A stretch of 64,000 bases of DNA, taken from contig JBNRSN020000006.1 in NCBI GenBank assembly GCA_051313645.2, forward strand, positions 159,278,001 through 159,342,000, given 5' to 3'. Source of the DNA: Centroscyllium fabricii (Eukaryota). Position numbers and translations under genes: made by a program. The notes under the pieces were generated by a model that saw only the letters and a program-made list of their open reading frames with translations, was not told the DNA's origin and made no database searches. This document shows positions 46,682 to 59,178 of this stretch, piece by piece (position 1 is the first letter of the stretch; every line of letters begins with the position of its first letter).

Positions 46682-49600
46682 TGTGGTAACCCATAATGTT
46701 ATGTTATACGACTGTATTCTTGTTGCCAATAATTGGCTGTGTATGTGTGATACACAGCCCTGTAACACTGTCGGGAGCCAGGTCAGCCACACCTCTAACT
46801 CCTCCCCCAGGAGAGGCCTTTATAGGTGGAGACTGACTGAGGCTCCCTCATTCCTGCTCAGATGTTCGTTCGGAGGATAGCTCCTAAGTAAGTGATTAAA
46901 AGCCTATAGTTACGGTAACTACTCGTTGAGTCTTTTAGTCTGAGATATTGACGATACGTCAATTTTAATCACTTAAAGTTTTTTTTAAATGGAGAGCGGT
47001 GCAGTAAAGCCAGAAAAGCTGGATATCAGTCCACAGGACCCTGCCGCCGCCACCACGTTCGAACACTGGTTCGGTCTCCTGGAGGCCTATATGGACGCCG
47101 CCAAGGCTACAACCGACGGGAACAAGCTACAGGTTCTCCGGTCCAGGATCTCCAGCCGAGTATTCTCCCTCATCCGAGACGCCAAAACCTACCCAGGGGC
47201 AGTGGAAAAGCTGAGGAAATGCTACGAGCGCCCGGTCCATTCGGTCTACGCCAGACATGTGCTCGCGACCAGACCACAACTACCGGGTGAGACTAATGAA
47301 CAATTTGAGCAAGCGCTCCAGGCCCTGGTACGGGTCTGTGGCTGCCAAGCCCGGACAGCAGAAGAGGAGGCGAACCTCCTCGTCCGAGACGCGTATGTAA
47401 CTGGACTAAGGTGCGTGGAGGCCCGCCAGCGGCTGCTCGAAAAAGACACTTTGTCCCTCGAAGACGCGATTGCTATATCTAACTCCGTGGAAGGAGCACG
47501 CAACAAACTACAAGCTTACAGCGGCACAAACCCGCAGGCCTACGACATGTGGGCTGCGCCACAACGGACCCAGGCCTGGGCAGCACCACAACGGGTCGAG
47601 ACCCCCACGATGGCTGCGACAGCCACAAAAGACAAACGCTGCTACTTCTGCAGCCAGGGACTGCACCCGAGAGCGAGATGCCCAGCAAGGACCGCGAACT
47701 GTGAGAGGTGCGCCAAGAAGGGACATTACGCAAAAGCTTGCAGATCAGCACCAACAGCGCCCAACTCCAGGTACAACAGCGCAGCCTGTGAAAGCTCCGA
47801 CAGACCTCAGGTAAGCTGCAATAGCAGCGCGATCCAGGGGTAGGAGGAAAGCGCCCCCATCTCCCACCCCGAGGCGGCAAAGGCCGGCCAAGCACGACCC
47901 CCCAACGCCAGCAGCAGACCCAATGCGGCCGGCTGCATGCGAATCACGGGCACCGCCAACCTGACCACCACGGCTCGCTGCATGCGAACCACGGGCACTG
48001 CCAACCCAGCCACCGCGGCCCGCTGCGTGCGAACCACGGACGCCGCCAACCCAGTCACCGCGGCCCGCTGCGTGCGAACCACGGGCGCCGCCAGCGCGCT
48101 CACAGCGGTCAGCCGCGTGCGAACCACGGGCGCCGCCATCTCGCCCCCGGCGGCCCACCATGTGCGACCCCTCGGCGCCGCCATTTTGTCTCCAGGGCCC
48201 CACCATGTGCGAGCCAGGGGCGCCGCCATTTTGTCTCCAGGGCCCCACCATGTGCGAGCCAGGGGCGCCGCCATTTTGTGTACAGCCCCAACCAGCAGGG
48301 GGCCCACACACACAAAAGCACACATCTGCTTCAGCCATACCCAGAGTGGACCAGGACAGGCCACACACCCTGTCTAACTCAATAATGCCCATCAAAATAA
48401 ACGGCCATACTACTAATTGCCTATTTGACACTGGAAGCACGGAGAGCTTTGTGCACCCTGATACAGTGCAGCGCTGCGGACTGCAGATCCTGCCCACAAA
48501 CTACCAAGTCTCCCTTGCTTCAAAGTCCCACACCGCGGACGTCACCGGCTACTGCTCCGTCACGCTCACAGTCAAGGGGTGTGTACCGTAATTTTAAATT
48601 GTACACCCTCCAGCAGTTGTGTGCCCCAGCCTTACTAGGTCTGGATTTCCAGTGCCACCTCAAGAGCGTGACAATGGAGTTCGGCGGGACCTTGCCCCCC
48701 CTCACCATCAGTAGCCGGGACAGTCCCTTCCCAAAGCGGAGCCCGGCCTGCGGCCTCTCCACCCTGAAAATCGACCCCCCCTCACTGTTCGCAAACCTCG
48801 ATCCCAAGTGCAAACCTATTGCTACCAAGAGTCGGCGGTACAGTGTGGGGGATCGCACGTTTATCAGGTCGGAGGTCGGGTGTATGCTGAAGGAGGGGAT
48901 AATTGAAGCCAGCACCAGCCCCTGGCGCGCCCAGGTTGTAGTGGTAAAGTCTGGCGAGAAACAACGGCTGGTGATCGATTACAGCCAGACCATCAACCAC
49001 TACACCGGGCTCGACGCCTACCCCCTTCCCCGCATCTCGGAAATGGTCAATCAGATCGCCCAGTACAAGGTGTTCTCCACGATCGACCTTAAGTCAGCGT
49101 ATCACCAACTCCCGATCCGGAAAGCCGACCGCCCCTACACCGCCTTCGAGGCGAACGGTCGGCTCTACCACTTCCTCCGGGTCCCCTTCGGCGTGACCAA
49201 CGGAGTGTCAGTGTTCCAGCGGGAGATGGACCGCATGGTTGACCAGAACGAGTTGCAGGCCACCTTCCCCTGCCTGGACAATGTGACCATCTGTGGCCAC
49301 GACCAGCAGGACCACGATGCCAATCTGGCCAAATTTCTCGACACCGCGGATAAGCTGGACCTCACGTATAACAAAGACAAATGTGTCTTTAATACAGACC
49401 GGCTCGCCATCCTCGGATACGTGGTGGAGAATGGGGTCCTCGGCCCCGACCCACAGCGTATGCGACCCCTTCAAGAACTGCCCCTACCTCACAACCCTAA
49501 AGCCTTGAGGAGAGGCCTAGGAGTTTTCTCCTATTACACACAATGGGTCCCACAGTTCACGGACAAGGCTAGACCACTCCTCAAGGCTGCTGTTTTCCCC

Positions 49601-51550
49601 CTTTCGGTAGAAGCCCAAACGGCATTCGCCCGGATAAAGGAAGACATCATCAAGGCGACCATGCTCGCTGTTGATGAATCCATTCCCTTCCAGGTGGAGA
49701 GCGACGCTTCGGAATTCGCCCTTGCTGCCACCCTGAATCAGGCAGGCAGGCCGGTAGCGTTTTTCTCCCGCACCCTACAGGGACCCGAAACTCGCCACTC
49801 TGCAGTGGAAAAGGAGGCCCAGGCCATCGTGGAGGCTGTGCGCTACTGGCGTCATTACCTGGCCGGTAAGCGTTTTACCCTTCTCACCGACCAACGGTCG
49901 GTGGCGTTTATGTTTAATAATAAACAGAAGGGTAAGATCAAGAATGATAAGATCCTGCGGTGGCGGATCGAGCTCTCGACTTACGAGTATGACATTCTTT
50001 ACCGACCAGGGAAACTCAATGAACCCCCGGACGCACTGTCCAGGGGAACGTGCGCCAGTGCCCAGCTGGACCGGCTGAAGGACCTCCACGACCGCCTCTG
50101 CCACCCGGGTGTCACCAGACTCGCCCACTTTGTTAGATCCCGTAGCCTCCCCTACTCCATCACGGAGATCAAGGCTATGACCCGAGAGTGCCCTGTTTGC
50201 GCCGAGTGCAAACCCCAATTTTTCCGGCCAGACACGGTGCACCTCATCAAGGCCACCCGCCCCTTTGAACGTCTCAGCGTGGACTTCAAAGGCCCCCTCC
50301 CCACCACCGACCGCAACTCATACTTCCTCACGGTCGTAGATGAGTTCTCCTGCTTCCCCTTCGCCTTCCCCTGCGCAGATATGACGAGCGCAACGGTGAT
50401 AAAACACTTCACCACGCTGTTCGCCATTTTCGGTCTCCCCAGCTACATCCATAGCGACCGGGGGTCATCGTTCATGAGCGATGAACTGCGTCAGTTTCTG
50501 CTCCAGAAAAGGGTTGCCACGAGCAGAACGACCAGTTATAACCCCCGGGGGAACGGCCAGGTAGAAAGGGAGAATGGGATCATCTGGAAGGCGGTCACCC
50601 TGGCTCTGAAGTCCAGAGGCCTTCCAGTGGCCCATTGGCAGGCAGTCCTCCCAGACGCGCTGCATTCTATACGCTCTCTCCTATGTACGGCCACTAACGC
50701 AACTCCTCATGATTTGTTTTTTGCTTTTCCCAGGAAGTCGACTTCGGGGACAGCTCTTCCTCCATGGCTCACGACACCGGGGCCGGTCTTCCTTAGAAGT
50801 CACGTCCGTGGCCACAAGACCGACCCCCTGGTGGACAAGGTGCAGCTCCTGCATGCGAACCCGCAATACGCATTTGTGCAGTTCCCGGACGGGCGTGAGG
50901 ACACCGTATCTATCAGGGACCTGGCGCCCGCAGGAAGCACCGCAGAGCCCCTGGTCGGCCAGCAGGCCGCTCAGCCACAGTATCCAGAACACCCCCTACA
51001 CCTACAATGGCCTCCAAGTTTTCCAGAGCCCCAGCAGTGGCCAACCCAGGACCACCACTCCGATAGCTCGGACCAGCGGAGACCATCACCAACCGAAACC
51101 ATGGCACCAGGGCAACTGTCACCACCAGCGGACTTGAGCAGCACGGACCATGAAGGATCATCACCGAAACTCCGGCGGTCCTCCAGGCTGGCACGACCAC
51201 CGGATAGGCTGATATTGAACTGCTCGGCCCATTCACCCCCCCCGGACTTAAAATTTTCAAGAAGTGGTGAATGTGGTAACCCATAATGTTATGTTATACC
51301 ACTGTATTCTTGTTGCCAATAATTGGCTGTGTATGTGTGATACACAGCCTGTAACACTGTCGGGAGCCAGGTCAGCCACACCTCTAACTCCTCCCCCAGG
51401 TGAGGCCTTTATAGGTGAGGACTGACTGAGGCTCCCTCATTCCTGCTCAGATGTTCGTTCGGAGGGTAGCTCCTAAGTAAGTGATTAAAAGCCTATAGTT
51501 ACGGTAACTACTCGTTGAGTCTTTTACTCTGAGATATTGATGATACGTCA
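46682..51550 (+). mobile_element. Full-length Gypsy LTR retrotransposon F (family of A and B)
   Basis: LTRs 46682-46961 and 51272-51550 (about 8 differences by eye), TSD ACCAC, PPT AAGAAGTGGTGAA. Gag 46989-47843 ends at a premature stop, frameshift near 48580, then an open pol frame. Confidence 0.97.
48580..51286 (+). CDS. Pol (end of protease, RT, RNase H, integrase) of element F
   Basis: About 900 aa open: PWRAQVVVVK, IDLKSAYHQ, CLDN, ESDAS, HDRLCH...CPVC, SVDFKGP, HSDRG and NGQVERE. Confidence 0.9.
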
Positions 51551-52378
51551 ACCACAAAAGAGGTAAAAATATAATACAGACTAGTCAGCTCATGCACCTG
51601 GATTGTCCAATATACTTTTTGGGCCTAGTGACATTGTTTTGAACACCAGCTTTGAATAATAAGCATTTAGTGTCAATATTTCAACTGATTTCAAACTATT
51701 TGGCTTTCTCCAGGGCTTGGTAATTTCTGTGGTACAATACTCAACTCTCAGTGCAAAGCACTGTGATTCAAAACTCCAGCCTCTATGGGCATTCAAATGT
51801 GCAATTTGCTGTAGGTCCCTGATGGTGTGCTTTCAGTGCCACTTTACATTACAGACTGTCCTTTCCTGCTCCTGCTTATCCTCCTGAGCCAATTGCAGAA
51901 CTAGTGGAGCACCAGATCCAACGCTTAATATGGACAAATTACAACAGGCCATCGCTCAATTATGCAGTAGGTCATCTGTCAGTTTGTAGTCTCACAAGAG
52001 CGTTCGAACTGCATTGCCCATGTAAAGTGTAAGCTTTGAAATATGGTGCACTTTAGGTGTAAATGCCTCTTGTGCTGACAGTAATTGCTCCAAATAGCAA
52101 CTCGGCAGTGTGAAAACTCTGCATTCACTGGACAATTTTCTGCACTCCCAATATTACTGATGTCCAACACACAAGTAACGCAGGCACTCAATGTTATGTC
52201 AGCAAGAACTTTTCAGACTTCAATCTCTTACGTCACAAGGAATTTCCTAAGTTACAACTGGTCCACTTCCTGTGCTGCAGCAGAGTGCTCCATTTCATTG
52301 AGGGGGATAGGGGATCGGAATACGTCAGTCCCACATACTGAAGGATCATCAACAACAACTTGCATTTATGTAGTACCT

Positions 52379-52685
52379 TTCTTCTTCTTCTTAGGCAGTC
52401 CCTCGGAACTGAGGATGACTTGCTTCCACATTAAAAATTAGTTTGCAGGTGACTGATGAGTCCACTGCGGGACCTACAGTTTCTTTGTCCATAAGGGACC
52501 CGACGTTCCAGGTCCCGAACTTCATTTTAAAGGGTGGAAGATGCCTGTGTGTGAATTCTTTTAATGTGGGGCGGCCGTTGCACACCAGCTACCACACGGG
52601 CTTGACAGAGCAAGGTCTTGGTCCAATGGCAAGGGGATCCAAGGCGATTGGAGACCAGGCTCTGCTACAACAGCCTAACACATAG
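52379..52685 (-). mobile_element. Bipartite non-autonomous RTE-clade element
   Basis: 5' UTR plus MKFGTWNVGSLMD (endonuclease N-terminus), joined to CRSRSGLISHLQT (RTE-like C-terminal zinc-finger remnant), a short 3' UTR and an (AAG)n tail. Confidence 0.7.
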
Positions 52686-52896
52686 ACACATGCATACGTC
52701 TCCTGTCCTCCTCCCTCCTTCCCACAGGTTCTCTCTGCCTGGGTTTTGTAGGATGCATTGTGGTCCTCCCGACTTTGCTGTTGGCCTGTGCCACACCTTC
52801 GCTGGGCCCCGACCCCGCTGCTGGTCCACACTGCACCACTTGCAATTATGAGTGTGCTGGAGAACTAGCTGGGAATCCGCTGGGTCTTGGCCATGG

Positions 52897-53005
52897 AAAC
52901 ATAAGAACATAAGAACATAAGAAATAGGAGCAGGAGTAGGCCAATCAGCCCCTCGAGCCTGCTCCGCCATTCAACAAGATCATGGCTGATCTGATCCTAA
53001 CCTCA
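52897..53005 (-). mobile_element. CR1 3' tail fragment
   Basis: (AACATAAG)n microsatellite tail plus ATAGGAGCAGGAGTAGGCC, an inverted match to the 3' ends at 22170-22249 and 62825-62899. Confidence 0.8.
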
Positions 53006-54084
53006 ATTTTACTTTTACTCTCCATCCCGCTCAAACCCATGTGATCACCCGGGAGAGGCGAAAAAGTATGGCAAACAGTTGAATGTGTGGCCGATGTGTT
53101 CTGGGAAATGGCAAATGCGCATTGAGGGCTCAGGGTGACTTGCATTTGTAATGCTGATGGTGAAAGTGATAGGAAAGAACTGGTTATAGCAGAGATGATG
53201 TGTTATAGCAGAGATGATGTATGATGTTGGAGGAATATCACCTCAATTAGAGAGCCATATGGTAGCCACCTATGGTTGAAGAGTAAGCTTATGCGAATGT
53301 GACATGGCAGTGTGCATACCCTGCTTGACGGGCAGCAGTGAACTGGAGGGATGCTGCATTGCTCACAACAGGGCATGCAAGAGGCACCTCCTCTTCTTCC
53401 TTGTCCTCCTCTTCCTCTACTTCCTTGTCCTCCTCATCCTCTTCCAAGGAAGATCTGCGCTGAGCCACGCAGCTGCTGCTCCTCCGATTATGATGACCAG
53501 GATGAGAGGACATAAATGGTTCCCAGCTATAGATTTCATTTGAGGCAAGAAGCTTGCAAGTGCACAGTCGAAGCGGCCTGAAATTATTCCATTCAGGTCA
53601 CACTGTAGATGGGTGCCAGCTTGAACTGTCACAAGGTCAGTAAATGTGCAACATTTTATTCCAAACCTCCAACAGCAAAGTTGTTGCATTTGAATGACAG
53701 CCATGTTGCAGGAGTGCTTTTAATGTGCTCCACCAATTACTATAAATCATGTCCTCCAGCAACTTGTCTCCTTGCAGTTGGCCTGTTTCTGACAAGATGG
53801 GAAACAGGAGCCAGAAGCACGATAATGGAAACCACTATAAAAATAGGATTAGCAAGGAAGTTAACAGGCTGTTAACTGCCTTAACTACCCGTCCCACCGG
53901 TTCCAGTCGAGTCAGTTTGGGAGCGGCTAACCCGACACTCACGAAAATCGAGTGGGGGCGGGATGGAGGCGGGTTGGCAGTCTAAAACCATTTTTTCCGA
54001 CTTTCGCTGCCAATTCGTCTCCAAACCCGCCTCCTCAGGGCTATTATTTTAAGCCCTTCGAGTCTGTGCTGGTGTTTTTCTCCA

Positions 54085-54495
54085 CATAAACCGAGACTTG
54101 AGCACATAATCTAGACTGGTACTTTTGTGATGTACGGAGGTAGTGCTGCACTGTTGAAGTGCTGTTTTTCAAATGAGACATTAAACTGAAACCCCATCTA
54201 CTCTCTCAGTTGGATGTAGAAATGCCATGGCACTATTTCAAAGGAGAACAGAGGAGCTCTCCTGTGTCCTGGCCAATATTTATCTCTCAACCAATACCAC
54301 TAAAACAAATTATCTGGTCATCATCACATTGCTGGTTGTGGGAACTTGCTGTGTGCAAACTGGCTGCCGTGTTTCCTACATTACAACAGTGACTACACTT
54401 AAAAAAAAGTACTACTTTGGCTGTAAAGTACTTTGGGATGTTCTGAGGTAATGAAAGGCACTATATAAATGCAAGTTCTCTTTCTTTCTTTTTCT
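54085..54495 (+). mobile_element. Deu-domain SINE (SacSINE1/AmnSINE-like) with an L2-type tail
   Basis: ATGAGACATTAAAC...CCATGGCACTATTT...GTGTCCTGGCCAA core and a 3' end GAAAGGCACTATATAAATGCAAGTTCTCTTTCTTTC. Confidence 0.7.
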
Positions 54496-54944
54496 TAATC
54501 CTATGTACACTGAATGTTTCAGGTTTTTGCCTCGGTGCTTTCCTTTTAGCTTTAGTGTATTGTGTACACCGTTTTACTCCAACCAGTGAATTCTACGGAG
54601 TGGAAAAAACATGTGCTGACTACTACTGCATCTCAGTTACTCCTGGATCTCAGTGGGAGACACTTGAGATCGAGATGGTCCTGTACACCCTTATGTGGTT
54701 CCTGAAATGCCCCTGCAATTGCTTTCACTACATCCCCTGTTGTGTTGGCTAGCTGGTCCAGCCCACTTTCTGCCATGGGACAATATGCCTGCAATGGTGT
54801 TGCTTTGAGAGACTGTAGCCTCATACATGCCTGTTCTAGCCATGCAGTCCCTCTGGCAGGCCCCAAATGGGATTTTAACTCAACCCTGAGCAGGGATGTG
54901 TCACCGCAGCTTTCCCACCAGGCTGGAGAGTTGGGACCTGCCAA

Positions 54945-55535
54945 AATTCAATTCAATTCAATTCAATTTTATTGTCATTGCAGTGTACTAGTACAATACA
55001 GCGTTACGTAGACTCGCCGCTCCCGAGAGTAGTGCAAATAAGTTACATGGGTTGCATACAATAAAGTACATTTCAGGTGTGCAGATACTGGAGTTTTTTG
55101 TTAGAGTTCAGGAGACTGACAGCCCTGGGGAAGAAGCTGTTCTTGAATCTGGTCGTGTGGGTGCGAATTGATCTGTAGCATCTCCCGGAGGGCAGGGGGG
55201 CGAACAGATTGTGGCTGGGGTGTGTGGGGTCTTTAATAATGTTCAGAGACCTCCGTAGGCAGCGTTTGAGGTAGATGCTTTCAATTGACGGTAGCTGGGT
55301 GCCGGTGATTCGTTGGGCAGTTTTGACTACCCGCTGCAGGGCCTTCCGGTCCAAGATGGTGCAGTTTCCATACCAGACTGTGATTCAGCTTGTCAGTATG
55401 CTTTCAATTGTGCAGCGGTAGAAGTTGGTGAGGATGCCGGATGTCAGCTTGGCCTTTTGCAGCTTCCTTATGAAGTACAGGCGCTGTTGGGCCTTCTTTA
55501 TCAGAGAGGAGGTGTTTAGTGACCAGGAGAGGTCT
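54945..55535 (-). mobile_element. Rex1/Babar LINE 3' fragment
   Basis: KAQQRLYFIRKL and RKALQRVVKTAQRITG...DPTHPSHNLFAPLPSGR...RFKNSFFPRAV motifs, with a (TTGAA)n tail at 54945-54966. Confidence 0.85.
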
Positions 55536-58274
55536 TTCGCGATGAGCAGGCTCAAACAGGCCTGTCCTCCAGGCCCCCATTAGGACCTCCCCTGCCCCGG
55601 ACTCACCCCTTACCTCCCACACGATCCTTCCAGAACCCCCTTTCCCACAACTACCTTCATGCCAGCGGGCAGCCACGGGTCAGCCAATTTTTCAGAGACT
55701 AGCAGTCATTTCTTGCCAACTTCCCACCTGGAACAGCGGCATGATAATAAGACCCAGGAGTTAAAATACCTTGGCCTGTTTCTAACTGACTCCATCACCC
55801 ACCTGCCCAAAACTAGCCTAGAGTTAAAACCAGGGCCTGTAAGTATGGAACCTATAGTGAATGCAATATTCAGCCACATTAAATAGCCAAATTTCCTTAG
55901 GGGAAATGTTTGTAATGTTGTGAGTGAAGGAACAGCTGTAGGTAAGTTCACCTTTCTGTGTCAGAGACATTCATGCTAAGTTTGAAAGCAGTTAACAATA
56001 ATGGGGGATGCGAAAAGAACATGCTTAGCACATTACATTCATGGAAGGCCAGGGTGGAGTCTCCTACCTTGGCTAAAATTCTCTCGGCACTACTTTGAGG
56101 TGCGCTGTGCGGTGGAGGTGACATTTACACTGGTGGTCACGTGCTCCAGTTACCTTGAGCTGTTTTTATTGGAGGCCTACAGCACTCCTTGTCAAAGAAG
56201 GCCCCCATCCTGTGCCTTGCTTACTCTGGCAACATTTCCAGGCTTCATCCCATTGGTGAAATGGGGTGTTCTGCCTTCCCTCACTCCTTCCAGATGTGTT
56301 TTAGTGGTTACAAGCATATTGTCTTCCAAATTTAGCAAGTTACAATGCTCATTCCTTTAAACTCCTGCAGGACTTTAAATCCAGAAGTACGCAATTTCCC
56401 ACCCACCAACAGTTGAACTCCCAATCACAGATCCTTTCCAAACCTGGAGCTCATCCACAGTAATAAAATACGACATGTTGAACAGGTGTAATTCCGGCAT
56501 CGTCCCGTGCCCATTGGGCTCACAGCCAATCAGAAAAACTACATGTTGCAGTGATCTGCAGATTTTCAAAGTCATTCCTAGGACATTGGTTTTCTACTAA
56601 ATTCGTAATGGTTTCCAGAATGCATTTTGTTTGAAGGTCATCTCATTTCACAAATGTCCTTTTTTTCTCAGCCTATGTCAGTCGACACTACTCAACAAGC
56701 CTTTTGCATAAATCAGTCATATATTTCAGCTAAAATCTATGATATTATGCGGCTCAAATTTAAGAATATAATTTCCACTTTAATGTTCTGATAAGTTTAT
56801 TAGTTAACTGCAACTACACTAATATTTCCAATTTTTATTGCCTTTGTGAACTGGAAAGGTCTCTTCAAAATGGTACATTTAACAAGGAAATGTTCCTGAT
56901 GGGCATTCCTTTCTAGTCAGACAGATATTACTCATACAGACTTTCAGAAGAGCTATCTCACTAAAATGCGCCAACGTTAACTTTTATTTTTAATCAGCTT
57001 TTCACAGGTTAATGCATCAGTGGGGCTATTATGCCTCAAGCCATTTTGACCCCCACATATTGCTTTCGCTTTAAGTGCAATCAGTAGCTGCTGGCAGTCA
57101 ACCATCCGCCCACCCGCCACCCCGCCACCCACCGCCCCCCCGCCCCGACCCCCCACCCCCCCGGCTCCCAGTGCACAACGTTAGCACCACAAACATATTT
57201 AAATCAGTGGATCTTGCATCATAACATGAGGTGAGCATTGCAGAGTGCCGGTAAATGCAACGCCGGGATTGCATTATCGACCCCAGGAAAGCTCAGGAAC
57301 ATTTTTGAACTGAACCAAAAACTTAAGGCAGGATGCTGCTTTTGTGACAGATATTTGGGCAATAGCAAATCAAAATGGATCTTCACTGGGTGTTTATTAC
57401 CATGCCATTCGTGTTTTAACAACACCAGTGTCCTGACACCTTTTAGTTTATTGTTGCCCTTATTGTCACTAGACTGCTAGGGATCTCAAGTTTCTCATTT
57501 TATGGCAAGGGGAGACTCACCCCTCACAACAGCACCGTAGAGGACACTAGCCTATCAGATGACTAAAATTTTAAATAAACTACCTTTGTGTCTGTGAGTT
57601 GACAGAGCTGCTCCGTTAACAGCAGGAATGATGGTGAAACATTTGGTAACATCTTTAATCCTACACCTGCATTCCTGATTGTCAAAAGGAACAGCACTGT
57701 GAATTAGAAATTAATCCAAGTTGTGCAAAATGTAGTCACTTTTAAATGAATCCCAAATGGCCCATTTTGATAACTTCAGGTTCTGATTACTATTTGGCTT
57801 TCATCCCCAGAGGTTTTGGATTTAATTTCATTCAAACACCAAATATTTGAAAATGCACTTTAGTATTCTTCTCAGCACTAACTGACTGCTGATTTTACCT
57901 GAGAAATAGAAGTGGTTTAACACCAGAGTGCTCTGTGATTGCTTTAAAGTATATTTGGCTGCACATTAGTGATAAAGTTGGTCAGGCTTTTATAAGACAC
58001 GTGGATCAGTACCCTGCACAAAATAAGTTAGAGGTATTCTGTACTCAAGTTCAAAGGGACAAGGATGGTTACTGGGGTGACGTGCTATCAGTGTTATGCT
58101 ACGGCACTGATGAGACATCCATTGCTGAATGGGAATCTTCAATGGAAAAAAGGGTAACATTGGTCATGTGTTCAGGGCATCACCATGTAGATTCACAGTA
58201 AGAAGCATTGATAAGATGGGTATTATGTTGTTTTATAATAACCAGAGGAAATTTACTTAATTGTAACTTGCAGT

Positions 58275-58430
58275 TGAAAATGCTGGAAACACTCAGCAGG
58301 TCAGGCAGCATTCAAGGGTTCGACCTGAAACGTTTACTCGGTTTCTCTCTCCTCAATGCTGCCTGACCTGCTGAGTGTTTCCAGGTTCTTCTGTTGTTAT
58401 TTTTAATTTCCAGCATCCGCAGTATTTTGC
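58275..58430. repeat. Palindromic Penelope-derived element
   Basis: Perfect 30-bp inverted repeat at 58283-58312 and 58355-58384. Confidence 0.75.
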
Positions 58431-58499
58431 TATTGTAACTTACAGTTGTCAGTCTTGTATCTTGGTCAGTATTAAATAACAAATTGCTAGTATACTCAC

Positions 58500-58707
58500 T
58501 CATCTATCTGAGCAATATAGGTTTCCAGTTCCTTTACAACTGTCTGCAGCTTATTCAGAAGCTTTTGATATGCATCTTGAGTTTCCACATCCTTTTCCTT
58601 CAGGAGGAAGTGCAGGCCAGGCCCATTTTGCTGACCCAAGCTGTGTCCAGAGGGAGCTGCCATGGTGATGATACAATGATGGACGTATTCCACTGGGTCC
58701 AATTTAT
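58500..58707 (-). CDS. PREX2: PREX2 internal coding exon (208 bp), most 5' exon found in the window
   Basis: Acceptor ttatttcatAG, donor GA|GTGAGT. Encodes [68 protein letters not shown], which resembles the PREX2 C-terminal-half sequence as I recall it (TMAAPSG..LGQQ..GL..LLKE.D.ETQD.YQKLL.KLQT). Phase matches the next exon. Confidence 0.9.
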
Positions 58708-58979
58708 CTATGAAATAACAACAATGTGACAAACTGAGTGCGAAATGTTGAATTCCCTGCATAGTAAAGGCACTGACAATAGTATCTGACAATATTTTGA
58801 TACATGTTAACATGAAATATCTGTCAACTAAGAGTGTGATTCCAGTCATTTAACAAACCTTAGGTTTCATCTGTCTGATGAAATGACCACATACATGTTG
58901 CTGCCAAGTGATATTATCAATGAATGTCTGCGAAGCTCTTAAATATATCTACCTGTCTGCAATTCTCATTCATATAAGC

Positions 58980-59178
58980 CTAAGCTCTGGAATTCCCTCC
59001 CTAAACCTCTCTGTCTCCTTCAAGATGCTCCTTAAAACCTACCTCTTTGACCAAGCTTTTGGTCATCTGCCCTAATTTCTCCTTATGTGGCTCGGTGTCA
59101 AATTGTTTGTCTCCTGTGAAGCGCCTTGGGATGTTTTACTACGTTAAAGGTGCGATATAAATACAAGTTGTTGTTGTT
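58980..59178 (+). mobile_element. L2 LINE 3' end
   Basis: Reads LWNSLP...FKMLLKTYLF, with tail GTGAAGCGCCTTGGGATGTTTTACTACGTTAAAGGTGCGATATAAATACAAGTTGTTGTTG. Confidence 0.75.

Noticed and set aside
53289-53513. Acidic EEDEED ORF as a host exon
   Set aside because: No convincing splice context or PREX2 similarity. More likely a decayed Harbinger transposase C-terminus.
56560-57100. Apparently non-repetitive intronic sequence that might be a conserved enhancer
   Set aside because: Conservation cannot be judged without cross-species alignment.
57105-57170. C-rich run (G-quadruplex potential on the PREX2 strand)
   Set aside because: Low-complexity tract with no independent sign of function.
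58708-58849. N-terminal part of ORF 58496-58849 as coding sequence
   Set aside because: Lies upstream of the AG acceptor at 58708-58709. PREX2 similarity starts only at the exon.
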